Part shown: one piece after another, positions 52,314-64,000 of the stretch
How positions within the stretch are numbered: the first letter of the stretch is position 1
How the letters are laid out: each line of letters starts with the position of its first letter
NCBI GenBank assembly: GCA_964016885.1
Contig: OZ024753.1
Span: 8,742,001 to 8,806,000, forward strand
DNA length: 64,000 nucleotides
Origin: Eledone cirrhosa
Taxonomy: Eukaryota
Direction: 5' to 3'
Made by a program: the position numbers and the translations under genes
The notes under the pieces: generated by a model
Seen by the model: the letters and a program-made list of their open reading frames with translations, nothing else
What the model was told of the DNA's origin: nothing
Database searches by the model: none

Positions 52314-52672
52314 CTTCTTCTTCTTCTTCTTCTTCTTCTTCTTCTTCTTCTTCTTCTTCTTCTTCTTCTTTTTCTTTTTCTTCTTCTTCTTCTTCTTTTT
52401 CTTCTTTTTCTTCTTTTTTTTCTTTTTCTTTTTCTTATTTTCCTTTTTCTTTTTCTTTTTCTTTTTCTTTTTCTTTTTCTTTTTCTTTTTCTTCTTTGCT
52501 TTCTTCTTCTTCTTCTTTGCTTTCTTCTTCTTCTTCTTCTTTGCTTTCTTCTTCTTCTTCTTCTTTGCTTTCTTCTTCTTCTTCTTCCTCTTTGCTTTCT
52601 TCTTCTTCTTCTTTGCTTTCTTCTTCTTCTTCTTTGCTTTCTTCTTCTTCTTTGCCTTCTTCTTTTTCTTCT
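52314..52672. repeat. Polypyrimidine (CTT)n/(CTTTTT)n/(CTTTGCTTT) tract
   Basis: Seen directly. Confidence 0.95.
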
Positions 52673-53032
52673 TGAGAGGATCATGGGAGCAGAGTCCTCA
52701 AACACTCCTTCTAGTAGGTCCTATAAGAAACAATTGTCTCCAGCTGATGCTTTTGCCTGTAAAATCTATCCAGTAATTCTATCCGGAGACATTCTAACCA
52801 CATGTCCATCCATAATATTGGGGTTGTGATATCTCAATTCAGAAAAGTAGCAGCTTTATCCGGAGTGACTCGCTGAGCTACACAATCTTTTGAGTAACGT
52901 ACTCTAAAGACCCTAACTAAAACTCTTTCTGTTAATTTAATAATTTGAACCATCAGATTGATGACCCTGTACTTGTGCATTTATGAAGCATCACCTATTA
53001 ACTTGTAGCAGTTAATATTAATACTGCTATCT

Positions 53033-53740
53033 TCATCATCATCATCATCATTTTCCCTGCTTGCAAGAGTTGGACAGGTCCTATTCATCACATGCCCATA
53101 CCATCTCAGCCTTCTCTCCTGCACACCACAACTTATCCCTCTTATACCCAGTTTCTTTCTCAACTCGTCACGGCTTGGTCGTTGACGCACATTGACATTG
53201 CACATCCAACGGAGCATACTTGCTTCATTTCTCTCCAGCCATCACATATCCTCTGCAGTTGCCGCCCATGTCTCACTACCATGCAGCATCGCGCATCTCA
53301 CACAGGCATCATATAACTGTTCTTTCGTATGCAGGGAGAAACCCTTCTTTGTCAACAAAGGAAGCAGCTCCCTAAACTTCTTCCAACCCCTCCTTATTCT
53401 AGATACTATGGCCTCGGAGCACCTCCACCCCATGCTAATCTGAACACCTAGGTACCGGAAGCTGTCAACCACTTCTATAGATCCCACTTGCATTGGAAAA
53501 ATGTGTCTATCACTGCGATTAATACTGCCAACTTTCCCTGTACATCTACTGCATACGTAGTTTTCCCTACCTGTTAGTTTGTCTGCTATCCCACTACATC
53601 TCTTGTGTACCCAAGATCTGCATTGCATACATTTTATGGAATTTATGCCAGTTCCTTTCCTACATATCGAACATGGGCATTTCCCTGGTGGAATCAGAGT
53701 ATTGTCCTCTCTTCTACTTATCAACACTTTTGTCTTAGCT
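53033..53740 (-). mobile_element. RTE LINE fragment with PHD-like finger and tail
   Basis: KTKVLISRRE..CSICRKG..CMQC..HKRC..CSRC..VDSFRYLG..MLHGSETW; RLRWYGHVM; tail RTCPTLASRE. Confidence 0.9.
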
Positions 53741-54294
53741 ATACCATTCATAAAATATGACAATGGCATGAATTATCTAACTGATAATGCAAGTGACGAG
53801 CTGACGCCAAACTTCAGATTTTTTTCTTACAACTAGGAACTAATTCTGTGTTATATTCTTTGTCTCAATTTTTATTTCAACAAAAATGGTTTATTTTTCA
53901 TCTATGAACTAAGGAAACTTTATAAAATAGGAGAATATATAGTTATTTATTTGAATTTAATGCAGTATTATATTAGCAAGGGCAGAAAATCAGACGAAAT
54001 GTCTAAAAGAATTTCCATTGATTAGGTTTCTCAATGTCTGAGATAAGATTTTGTTAATACGATTAAAATATTTCAGTCTATTATTTTTTTTTATATTTAC
54101 TTCTCCAGGATATTAAGATGGTTGTCAGCTTTCTTATTAAGATTAACAATTATCTTGTTACTTACTGGGTCAATATAGTGTACCTGACAAGTATCTCCCC
54201 CTATATTAAGATTGCCATCAGGTATCTAATTAAGATTATCATCAGGTGTTTTGGTACTGGGTCAATATAGAATACCTGACAGGTATCTCCCTTA

Positions 54295-54410
54295 TATTAA
54301 GATTGTCATCAGGTGTCTTATTAGGGTTGTCATCAGATGTCTTATTAAGGTTGTCATCAGGTGTCTTATTAAGGTTGTCATCAGGTGTCTTATTAAGGTT
54401 GTCATCAGAG
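54295..54410. repeat. 24-bp minisatellite, about 5 copies
   Basis: Unit GTTGTCATCAGGTGTCTTATTAAG. Confidence 0.85.
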
Positions 54411-57361
54411 GTTTTAGTACTCTATCAAACTATAATACCAGACTGGGTTTGAACTATGAATCTTTATATCTAATATAAAACCTTTGTCATCTTTCATGAC
54501 ACCCCACAGAATTCACAAACTTTCCCCAGTATGTTCTATGTATCATAAGTGCCCTCTGCTTTTATGTTTTAACTGCTCCAAAGTCTCCCAATAGCATGTC
54601 AATGGAGGTGATTTTCCTCCACCCTCTATGGGCTGGTCTTTCTGTTGGCTTAAAGAACATCAGTTTTCTTGTACTTTCCATATGTTGTATGCAGTTACCC
54701 TTAGTTTAGAAATAAGTTTTAATCCCATGTTATATTATACATGCGTCTAGGAATGAAATACCTGATAACCAGTTCCTCCAAGAGAAATTTTACATGGTGG
54801 TACAGGGCTCCTTTGGGGGCCCAAAGCAGGCAAAGATTTTTCTCAAAATGGATGTTGCATGGTTGCTGTGGTGCTGTGGGGGCCTTCTTAGTTCTTGGGC
54901 CCCAGAACAAAGTACCGGCTGGACCCCTTGTCCTCTCATAGGGCCTTCTGATGACAAATGAAATATTTCAATTAGACCATCAATCGATCAATCGACAAGA
55001 TCTGACATTATTTGCTCACCAAATGGGGTGGGATGCATCAAATCAGACCAAGGAAACAATATTTCTATTGGTCTTTCCATTGCTGATACTATATTCTAGT
55101 CACAACTTCTGGTAGACATTTAGTCATTGCATCTTTCATTATGTGCCTACTTTAACGTGTAGATGCCATCTATGTTGTATATCATGAAATCCATGCATGT
55201 CACAGCACAACATTTCATATCATAAAATGTTCTGCAAACTATACTAACACATTTTATAAACATTGAAAATTGTTTCCTAATCTCACAAACAACAATCCCA
55301 GGTTCTCAAAGTCCTTGTTGTTTCGATGATTTGACAAATAACAGAAAATTTTGATATAAACAAGAAATAAAAATCAATAGATCCATGGTTTGTTAGGCTC
55401 AAAATTACAAGTTGATGGATCAATAAGTTTGTGTTAGCTGCTCTCTCCCAGATGATTGATAGAAAACACGTAAAGAGCATCCAGATTATTGCGATGTTTG
55501 GAAAGAATTAAAAAAATTGCTAGGAGTTAAGACTGGTAGATAATATCAGCAATGGAAAGACCAATGAAAACATTGTTTCCTTGGTCTGATTTAACGAGTT
55601 CTACTCCACTCAGTAAGCAAATAAGGTCTGGGATCTGGTCAATTGTTTCCAGACATTGCCATATTTCTAGTGAAAAACACACCCTATGTGTTTCAATTCA
55701 TTTTGAAAATCGTCCAATATTTGGAGAAATTTAATAAAATAACTAAGTTTTTTTTTATTAATTAGTAAACTGATATTTAGAACATTTCTTAGCAAAAATG
55801 TCTAAAATGAAATAATGATGGAAGCATTTAATATAAAGATATCAGTTTTGTATCATAAATGCTGAGCATATACCTTCTGCCAGGAGTTGTAACCAGTAGA
55901 TAGTATATCAGCAATGGAAAGACCAATGGAAACATTGTTTCCTTGGTTCAATTTGATGAGTTCCACTCCACTCAGTAAACAAATAAGGTCGGGATCTTGT
56001 CAATTGATTTTTTTTTTAAATGACTAAAAGAATGAAAAATAAATTCCTAAATAGATAGCAAATATTTCCAGATACATCTTTTATAATGAACATCAATAAT
56101 TGAAAATATTTTTACTTTCATATCATTAGCATAATGTCTAAATTAGAATGCATCATAGTTTTTGAGATAAAGTCAAATTTCAGAAATATTAAAGAATATT
56201 AAGATGACATGATATAACAAGAAATTTCACCAATAATACAATACAAGATAAGAGCAGCCATTTAAAAAAAATTTTTATTGAAATTAAGTAGATTTTCTTA
56301 AGCTATTTCAGTGCAATTAAAAATGTTGAAATCAGGTTACATCTCTTTAATTAGATTAGTTACATAAACTCTCTTGCTTAAATTGTTCTCGTTTGTTTGT
56401 TTTCTCTACTTTACTTAATATTTAATTGTTTTTTTTTTTGGGGGGGGGGGGTTCTCTTTTGTAGTGAAATTGATTTTTAAAAATTATATTTTCAATTTCC
56501 TGGTTTTCAATTTAATATATTTCACTTCGTTATAACCAGTTCTTCATGAATATAGTTGGACTGAAATATTAGTGACTGACCTGGTATGGTATGGTCCTGT
56601 AACTCTTGAGGGATTTGTAGGGGCAGCATATTGACATTCAGAATTTCTAGGAGATTTTGAATCCAGAAGAGCTCATCTCCTCTCCAGGTCTGAATACAAC
56701 AGATTTCTTCTAGAGAATGATAGAGAGTAAGAGATTGGAATTAAGAAAGAGATATAGAGGAAGAACCAAACTTGGTACTTAACTGGTACTTTTCTTATCA
56801 ACCTCAAATGGATGAAAGGCAATGTTGACTTTAACAGGATTTGAAATCAGAGAGTAGAGAGACAGAACAAATACCACAAAGCACTCTATCTGATGTTCTA
56901 ATAATCTTGCTACTTTTCGTACCTGTATATGTCAATGTTGTAATTAATTAGACTTAACTAGTCCTATGGCCTGTGTGTGTTAACCCTTGGATATTTCTAC
57001 CAAATTTGAACTACAGTATATATATATATATACTGAGAGAGAGAGAGAGAAAGAGTATATTTAAATAATGTGAGTATTGTAATAATATTGTCCACGTTAT
57101 GAATTATTTAGATTTCTGTTTAATTTAGAATATCCTTCCAGCATTTGGTAGATTGATTGAAGGAAAAAGACTGTGCGACAGTATATATTTAAAATAGAGT
57201 TAATATACAATTTACATATTTCTTGTGTGAATTAGGAATAGATGATTGTATATATGAATAGGAGACAGATTTGGTATTTGCTCATCTACCTACAGTGTGA
57301 GTTCTATATTACTCAGCCACACATGAGTTTTGGGAATTTTTATTAATCAATGTCATGTGGT

Positions 57362-57580
57362 TTAACCCGTTAGCATTTCCATTACTCTATGTTTACTATT
57401 GTATTTTCACAGTAAAGGCTTTATCTTACATAATTATCTCATATAATATCGAATCTATGAGATTTTGATGTTATTTAATTTGAGAACATCAGTATGAGTG
57501 GCCAGTTACAGCTAGCTTGAACAGAAAGAGGTGAGATAATCTTGGCCGTATATGACCAGTTTAAATGCTAAACTGTTAAA
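57362..57580. mobile_element. piggyBac-like MITE copy
   Basis: TTAACCCGTTAGCATT ... TAAATGCTAAACTGTTAA. Confidence 0.75.
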
Positions 57581-57654
57581 ATCTAAGTATGAATCATTGT
57601 ACTGTTAATGAGGTGTGCTAAATAGATACAGTATATTTGTATACATCAGATTCA

Positions 57655-58170
57655 AGCACAATGGAACCAAACTCCCACAGTCACTACCTCCTTCTCTCAC
57701 TATTATGAGCAAATGGTGGTCCACGTGCTGGCCATTCTGCAGCCCCAGCAGACAGAATAGAGAAGGTGTTTCTCTAGAGGATGGTGAGGGAGATGGACTG
57801 GAAGAGCCATTCCAGCTCTCCATGCTCACAGCTGTGTGTTGCCAACTCCATGCTGATGGTGGTGAGTAGGTAGGTGGCTCTAGTGTGAGGGACACCAGAA
57901 GTTTCCACTGCTATGGGTTCGACTGCAAACCTGTCGGAGAGCGACTGATATTTAGAGAGTTTACCCTTCTCAGCCTGAAGTGCAGCAGAGTCTAGGTTAG
58001 TCACAGACTGCATCAGATGCCATTGGAGAATGTGCTGTTGCATGTGACATCCCAGATGAGGTGGTTTACCACTGTGGGATGGGAAGATGGTCATGCCGTC
58101 TGACCTTTTGCTGTCCTCTCAGTCCAGCTCCGCTGGCTCGGGAAGCCTGCAGCATCCAAGTCATGCTTTA
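57655..58170 (-). pseudogene. CRE-clade element C-terminus (restriction-like endonuclease) and 3'UTR
   Basis: On -: KRSDGMTIFP...WDVTC...AALQAEKGKLSKYQSLSDRFAVEPIAVETSG...QSISLTIL, a PD-(D/E)xK-type RLE pattern. Confidence 0.8.
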
Positions 58171-58434
58171 TGACCTAAATGAGAGTTTTTTTTACTTGGG
58201 TGTTTTTAATGACAGGATCTCAGTTATGACATGTCACCATTTTTCCTAAAAAAAGAAGACAGGAATTCAACACAGGGCTCAGTACCAGAACAGATACCCC
58301 CAAAATATTCCATATCCGTTTCTTTGGTGATTTCATCCAAAAAAGATTCCAAATCTTCTTGACTTCATATAATACTTTTATTGTTAGAAGTAAGAATGTA
58401 TCATCTGAGAGTTATTAGTAGCAATTCTTTATTT

Positions 58435-59180
58435 CCACACTCTAAAGTGGTTGGTGTGAGTGACATGACAAAAAGTGCTCAGTCCACACTATAAAGTGGT
58501 TGTGTTAATGACAAGATGAAAAGCACCCAGTCACCTTGTAAGGTGGTCATTTCAGTGCCACAATAAAAAGGACTCAATCTACACTGTAAAGTGATCATGT
58601 TAGTGACATGACAAAAAGCACCCACACCATACTATAAAGTGGTCATATTAGTGACATGACAAAAAGTGCTCAGTCCACACTATAAAGTGGTTGTGTTAAT
58701 GACAAGATGAAAAGCACCCAGTCACCTTGTAAGGTGGTCATTTCAGTGCCACAATAAAAAGGACTCAATCTACACTGTAAAGTGATCATGTTAGTGACAT
58801 GACAAAAAGCACCCACACCATACTATAAAGTGGTCATATTAGTGACATGACAAAAAGTGCTCAGTCCACACTATAAAGTGGTTTTGTTCATGACAAGACA
58901 AAAAGCACCCAGTCACCTTGTAAGGTGGTCATTTCAGTGCCACAATAAAAAGGACCCAGTCTACACTGTAATGGGGTTTGTGTTAGGAAGGGTATCCAGA
59001 CATAGAAACCAAGCCAGAATACAGATCTGTATAAGCAAGATATGGTCTCTGGATGTGAATTATCTCATAATGTGACAATCCATCTAACTTGTGCAAGCAT
59101 GAAAAATAGACATTAAACGATTAGGATGATGATGGTGATTAGGATGATGATGATAATGATGATGATGATGATGATGATGA
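58435..59180 (+). repeat. RTE 3' tail with a 191-bp higher-order repeat of four diverged 48-bp monomers
   Basis: AGTGACATGACAAAAAGTGCTCAGTCCACAC at 58459, 58650 and 58841, followed by TGTTAGGAAGGGTATCC and (GAT)n. Confidence 0.85.
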
Positions 59181-59439
59181 TTCATGTATTGTATGGGTTT
59201 TCCTTCTTCAATTCATACATTTTGTTAAGTAAGCCAATCTTCTTAGTTCTCATCAACGTGTATTTAAAAAAATCACACTTTTTAGTTGATATTTTCAAAG
59301 ATTTTTGACAGACAGAGCTATTTTTTTATACTTTCTATGTTCTGTTTTTCCCCTATTTTTCTGCGCCTGGTGGCCCTCTTCATCTTACATTTGCTCCTCC
59401 TCTCCATCAATGACTGAGACCCCAAGAATAACAATAATA

Positions 59440-59830
59440 TTGGTTTCTACTATAGGCACAAGGCCAGCAATTTTGGGTGAGGGGAAAGTCGATTAAATCA
59501 ACCCCAGTGCATTACTGATACTTTATTTTACCGACCCCCCCGTAAGGATGAAAGGTAAAGTTAACCTCGGCGGGATTTGAACTTAGATTATAAAGGGCCG
59601 TAACTCTGTGCTGCAAAGCATGGCGTCCGACCCTCTACCGGTACTGCCAAACCACCGCCCTTAATAATAATAATGATAATAATTTCTACTATAGGCACAA
59701 GGCCATCAATTTTGGGGGAGGGGAAAGTTGATTAAATTGACCCCAGTGTATTACTGTTACTTTATTTTATGGACCTCATAAGGATGAAAAACAAAATTAA
59801 CCTCAGTAGGATTTGAAATCAGAACATAAA
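59440..59830 (-). mobile_element. Two tandem Meta-type SINEs
   Basis: Family motifs at 59440-59660 and 59683-59830. Confidence 0.85.
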
Positions 59831-59835
59831 GTGTC

Positions 59836-60165
59836 ATATCATCATCATCATCAACATTTCCCGTCCATTCTTCCACGCTAGCATGGGTTAGACGGGTTGT
59901 CCTGTTGTGGGCAATGCCAGGTCAGGTGACCATGTCGTGCCCATACGGGAACTGATTTAGGCTTGGTTTCTACAGCTGGATGCCCTTCCTAACACCAACC
60001 TCATTTACAGTGAGTGCTCGGTGCTTTTTTTTCGTGGTACCTACACGACCACTTTACTGTGGGAGGAAGGGTGAGGACATACTGTCTATATGCTTTGGCT
60101 TGTACCTGTGGAAAGTCACGTCTTCTGTATTACTGTGTAACGCCAGAGGTCTCGGTCCTGTGTCA
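59836..60165 (-). mobile_element. RTE 3' end (same family as 40468)
   Basis: CCACGCTAGCATGGGTTAGACGGGTTGTCC and ORF-end similarity. Confidence 0.85.
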
Positions 60166-60714
60166 TCGCCTATATATATGTATATATATATTGCTAACTA
60201 CTGGCAAGACTTGCGTTTGGAGTAAAGCATGAGCAAGACAAAGGGTGAACTGGTGGTGGACTGGGTACTATTTGTCGTGACACCTCCACAACCACTTTAC
60301 AGTGGCAGATGGAGGTTGGCACATATTGTCTATATGCTTCAGCTTCAGCTTGTACCCATGAAAAGTCAGAATAATAATGAAATGACACAAAGACACAGTT
60401 AAACCTTTGATAAATAATCTGCTAACATAATCTCATCTAGAGGCAACTGTTTAAACAAATATTAAAAAAAAATTTATTAATATTTTAAAATTACAATAAA
60501 TATTTCCACCAATAACATTAAACATTTTATAATAAATATTATAATAAAATCGAAGGAAGACTTTTTTTCACACATTATATAATTATTATTGAATCATTAC
60601 AATTTGGCTACATTTTAATCTAGTCCGTGTCGCCACAGACTTCTTGAGACAATGAGAGCGGGAGGGAGAGAGTGTATGTGTTTGTGTGGTATGTATACGT
60701 GTAGTTGTGTGTGT

Positions 60715-61098
60715 GAGTATATATATATATGTATGTGTATATATATATATATATATATATGTGTATATATATATATATGTATGTGTGTATATATATATAT
60801 GTATGTGTATATATATATATGTATGTGTATATATATATATGTATATATATATGTATGTGTATATATATATATATATATGTATGTGTATATATATATGTGT
60901 GTATATATATATATATTTGTGTGTATATATATATATTTATGTGTGTATATATATATATTTATGTGTGTATATATATATATTTATGTGTGTAGATATATAT
61001 ATTTATGTGTATATATATATATTTATTTATGTGTATATATATATATATATATGTATGTGTGTATATATATATATGTATGTGTATATATATATGTATGT

Positions 61099-61130
<32 letters not shown>

Positions 61131-61365
61131 ATATATATATATATATATATGTATGTGTATATATATATATGTGTATATATATATATATTTATGTGTGTAT
61201 ATATATATATTTATGTGTGTATATATATATATTTATGTGTGTATATATATATATTTATGTGTATAGATATATATATTTATGTGTATATATATATATTTAT
61301 TTATGTGTATATATATATATATATATATTTATTTATGTGTGTATATATATATTTATGTGTATATA
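60715..61365. repeat. (TA)n/(TG) microsatellite block
   Basis: Seen directly. Confidence 0.95.
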
Positions 61366-61387
61366 TGTTACCAGTAGTGACACCTCC

Positions 61388-62020
61388 ACAGGTTGTACTG
61401 CGATACATGTTACCAGTAGCACCAGTTGGTGCTACTGGTAACATGTATCCCAGTACAACCTGTCTCATGGTCGGGTCGTTGGCGACTAAACTGGCAACCC
61501 CACCAAGGTTTCTTGGTGAGGAGGGTGACTTTGGACATCCTGCAGGACTAAAAACAAAACCTGTCAAAGGGCAAAGGAACTCTTAAGAGTCAATGGCCAT
61601 CCAAAATCACCTGGAGAGATGACCCCTTAGCCTTTGTCAAGGCAGAATTCTAGGAGAAGGAAAACTCTGACATAACACCTGCAACCCTGATGGTATCCAA
61701 TGATGTTGACTTGTTCTTCTTTTTGGTAAATATCATCTTGGTTAAGAGAGTGGGACTGGCTTTGTGCAGTGCCTTTGCTCACTATAAAAGCTTCACGGCA
61801 CAGGCATTGCTTTATATCTGCAGATCTCTCTGCACTTGTCGTCACATGGTACCATGGGCCCAGCACTATGTGTCAATAAATGTCACAAGTGTAGTGTTTG
61901 TACCAGAGTTTTCAAGTCGCTGGCTGGACTAAAAAGTCACACTCGTTTAGTGCATCGGTAGGGGTTCTCCTACATGGATATAAAGTAGTGGCCGCACTCG
62001 AAAACGAGTTGGCAGCCACC

Positions 62021-62022
<2 letters not shown>
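61388..62022 (+). mobile_element. Short LINE-derived element: terminal hairpin, RTE-like 5'UTR, and C2H2-finger 3' end
   Basis: Hairpin 61388-61463; GGAGAAGGAAAACTCTGA 5'UTR-like motif; HKCSVCTRVFKSLAGLKSHTRLVHR* at 61884-61961; ends GGCAGCCACCAT before a TA tract. Confidence 0.55.
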
Positions 62023-62074
<52 letters not shown>

Positions 62075-62299
62075 TTATGTGTACATATATATATATTTAT
62101 GTGTATATATATTTTTTTTTATGTATAAATATATATATATTTATGCATATATATATGTGTGTGTGTGTGTGTGTAGGGAGAGAGAGAGTGAGAGAGAAAG
62201 ACAGGCAGACAAGGAGGAGACAGAAAAAATAGATAATCTTATCTGAGTTTCATTACAATTTTTTTTTAATGATTCCAGCAATTTGGCTAATAGTCCACC

Positions 62300-63376
62300 A
62301 TCAGCCATTGCTACTGTCATCATCATCATCACCATCAACACTTCAGCCATTGCTACTGTCACCACCAGCACCATCAGCAACACCTCAGCTGATGCTTCTC
62401 TCATCATCATCATCATAGTCATCATCATTGTCATCAAAATTATTGGCATCAACATTTATTTTCACCATCATCATTACCATCATCATCATCTTCATAATTA
62501 TCATCATCATCACCATTATCGTCATCATCATCATTGCCATCATCATTGCCACCACCAACAACAACAACCTCCACCACCACCACAATCACCAACACCACAG
62601 CCATCCCCACCTCACCCACAACAACCCCCACAACCACCAACACCACCACCATAAACACCACCACCACCACCCACAACCACCACCAACACCACAACCACCA
62701 CCTCAACACCACCATCACCAACAACCACCACCACCACGACCCACAACCTCTTCACCACCACCAACAACAACCCCCACAACCAACACCACCCTCACTGCCA
62801 CCATCACCATCACTCCAACACCACCACCATCACCAACAACAACCGCCATCACCGCCTCTCCACCCCCACCAAACCCCAGCCACCATCACCACATTTCGCC
62901 CCCACACCACCACCATCACCACATCTCCACCCCCACCAAACACCCACCCCCATCACTACCACCAATCTCCTTACCAAACCACCATCGCCACCACCACCAA
63001 CCCTCCCACCAAACTCCCACCAAACCACCCCCCCCCCCCCCCCCCCCACCAACAACACCCCCCCCCCCCCCCCCCCCACCACCACCACCACCAGCAACAC
63101 CACCACCCCACCACCACCAACACCACCACCACCACCACCACCACCACCACCACCACCACCACCACCACCCCACCACCACCAACAACACCACCACCATCAC
63201 CACCACCATCACCACCACCACCACAAACACCACCACCACCACCCCACCACCCCACCACCACAAACACCCCCACCACCCACCAACACCACCACCACCAACA
63301 CCACCCCACCACCACCACCAACACCACCATAACCACCACCACCACCACCACCACCACCACCACCAACACCACCATC
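62300..63376. repeat. (CAT)n/(CAC)n low-complexity block
   Basis: Seen directly. Confidence 0.95.
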
Positions 63377-63613
63377 GATATAGTCTTCTTTGAAAATGTC
63401 CTGATCTAATTGTCTTCTACTTTACTTATGTTAGTATAAATTTCAAAATAGCTATGAAAAATATTGTCTATTAGCCCCTTGATGAATCTATCAAATTTTC
63501 TATACACTTTCCTTATTACAAAATGTTGTTAAAAAGATGTTGCCTATATATATATATATATATATATACACACAAATATATATATATATATAAGTATATA
63601 TATACACACAAAC

Positions 63614-63649
<36 letters not shown>

Positions 63650-63732
63650 ATATATAGATATGTTCATACTTACATATATATGTATATATATATATACATA
63701 TGTTCATATATATATATATGTGTGTGTATATG

Positions 63733-63769
<37 letters not shown>

Positions 63770-64000
63770 GTTCATACATACATATATGTATATATATATA
63801 TATATATATATACATATGTTCATATATATATATATACATGCACGCATATTAACTGAACAAATTTCTTCTAACTTGCATAACATATTATCTCTGAAGAAAA
63901 AAAACCTCACACTTTGGGGACTGCTTTGAAGAAATGTAGCTATAAGTTTGACAGGGGTTGGAAAAGCAATTAGCTTTTCTATCATTATTATTTCAGCTCA

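Noticed and set aside
52268-52705. Arg/Lys-rich protamine-like ORF
   Set aside because: It is the translation of a (GAA)n-type microsatellite.
54940-54975. CTGATGA-caaat-GAAA
   Set aside because: Stem II cannot form, so this is likely chance.
55280-55500. Possible - strand exon ending at GTTT|GTGAG
   Set aside because: No clear acceptor or coding signal. A donor-like motif alone is insufficient.
62283-63409. Pro/His/Thr-rich ORFs up to 321 aa
   Set aside because: (CAC)/(CAT) low-complexity DNA is open in several frames on both strands, with no domain or splice support.

Overview
AT-rich, repeat-saturated eukaryotic DNA, probably a large intron or intergenic region. The repeat content points to an octopod cephalopod (inference): RTE LINEs with (GAT)n tails, tRNA-derived CORE and Meta SINEs, and very long (TA)n tracts. 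I found no convincing host protein-coding gene. Most long ORFs are microsatellite artefacts, and the real coding remnants are all transposon-derived: RTE reverse transcriptases with an inserted PHD-like finger, a CRE-clade RT and endonuclease, a hAT transposase, and Tc1/mariner transposases. The least obvious signal is a dispersed set of minimal type-I hammerhead ribozymes (HHRs). Six have canonical cores (26972, 30682, 36146, 36332, 37256, 47016) and at least two have variant cores (13398, 39975). They sit in short Penelope-like/retrozyme-like fragments next to (TA)n tracts. About 11 long fold-back palindromes also occur, several containing HHRs or centred on an HHR stem II. Other signals are SINE/LINE tail swapping and several minisatellites born from retroelement 3' ends, one of them a higher-order repeat. 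All calls were made by eye, and boundaries are approximate unless exact motifs are quoted.
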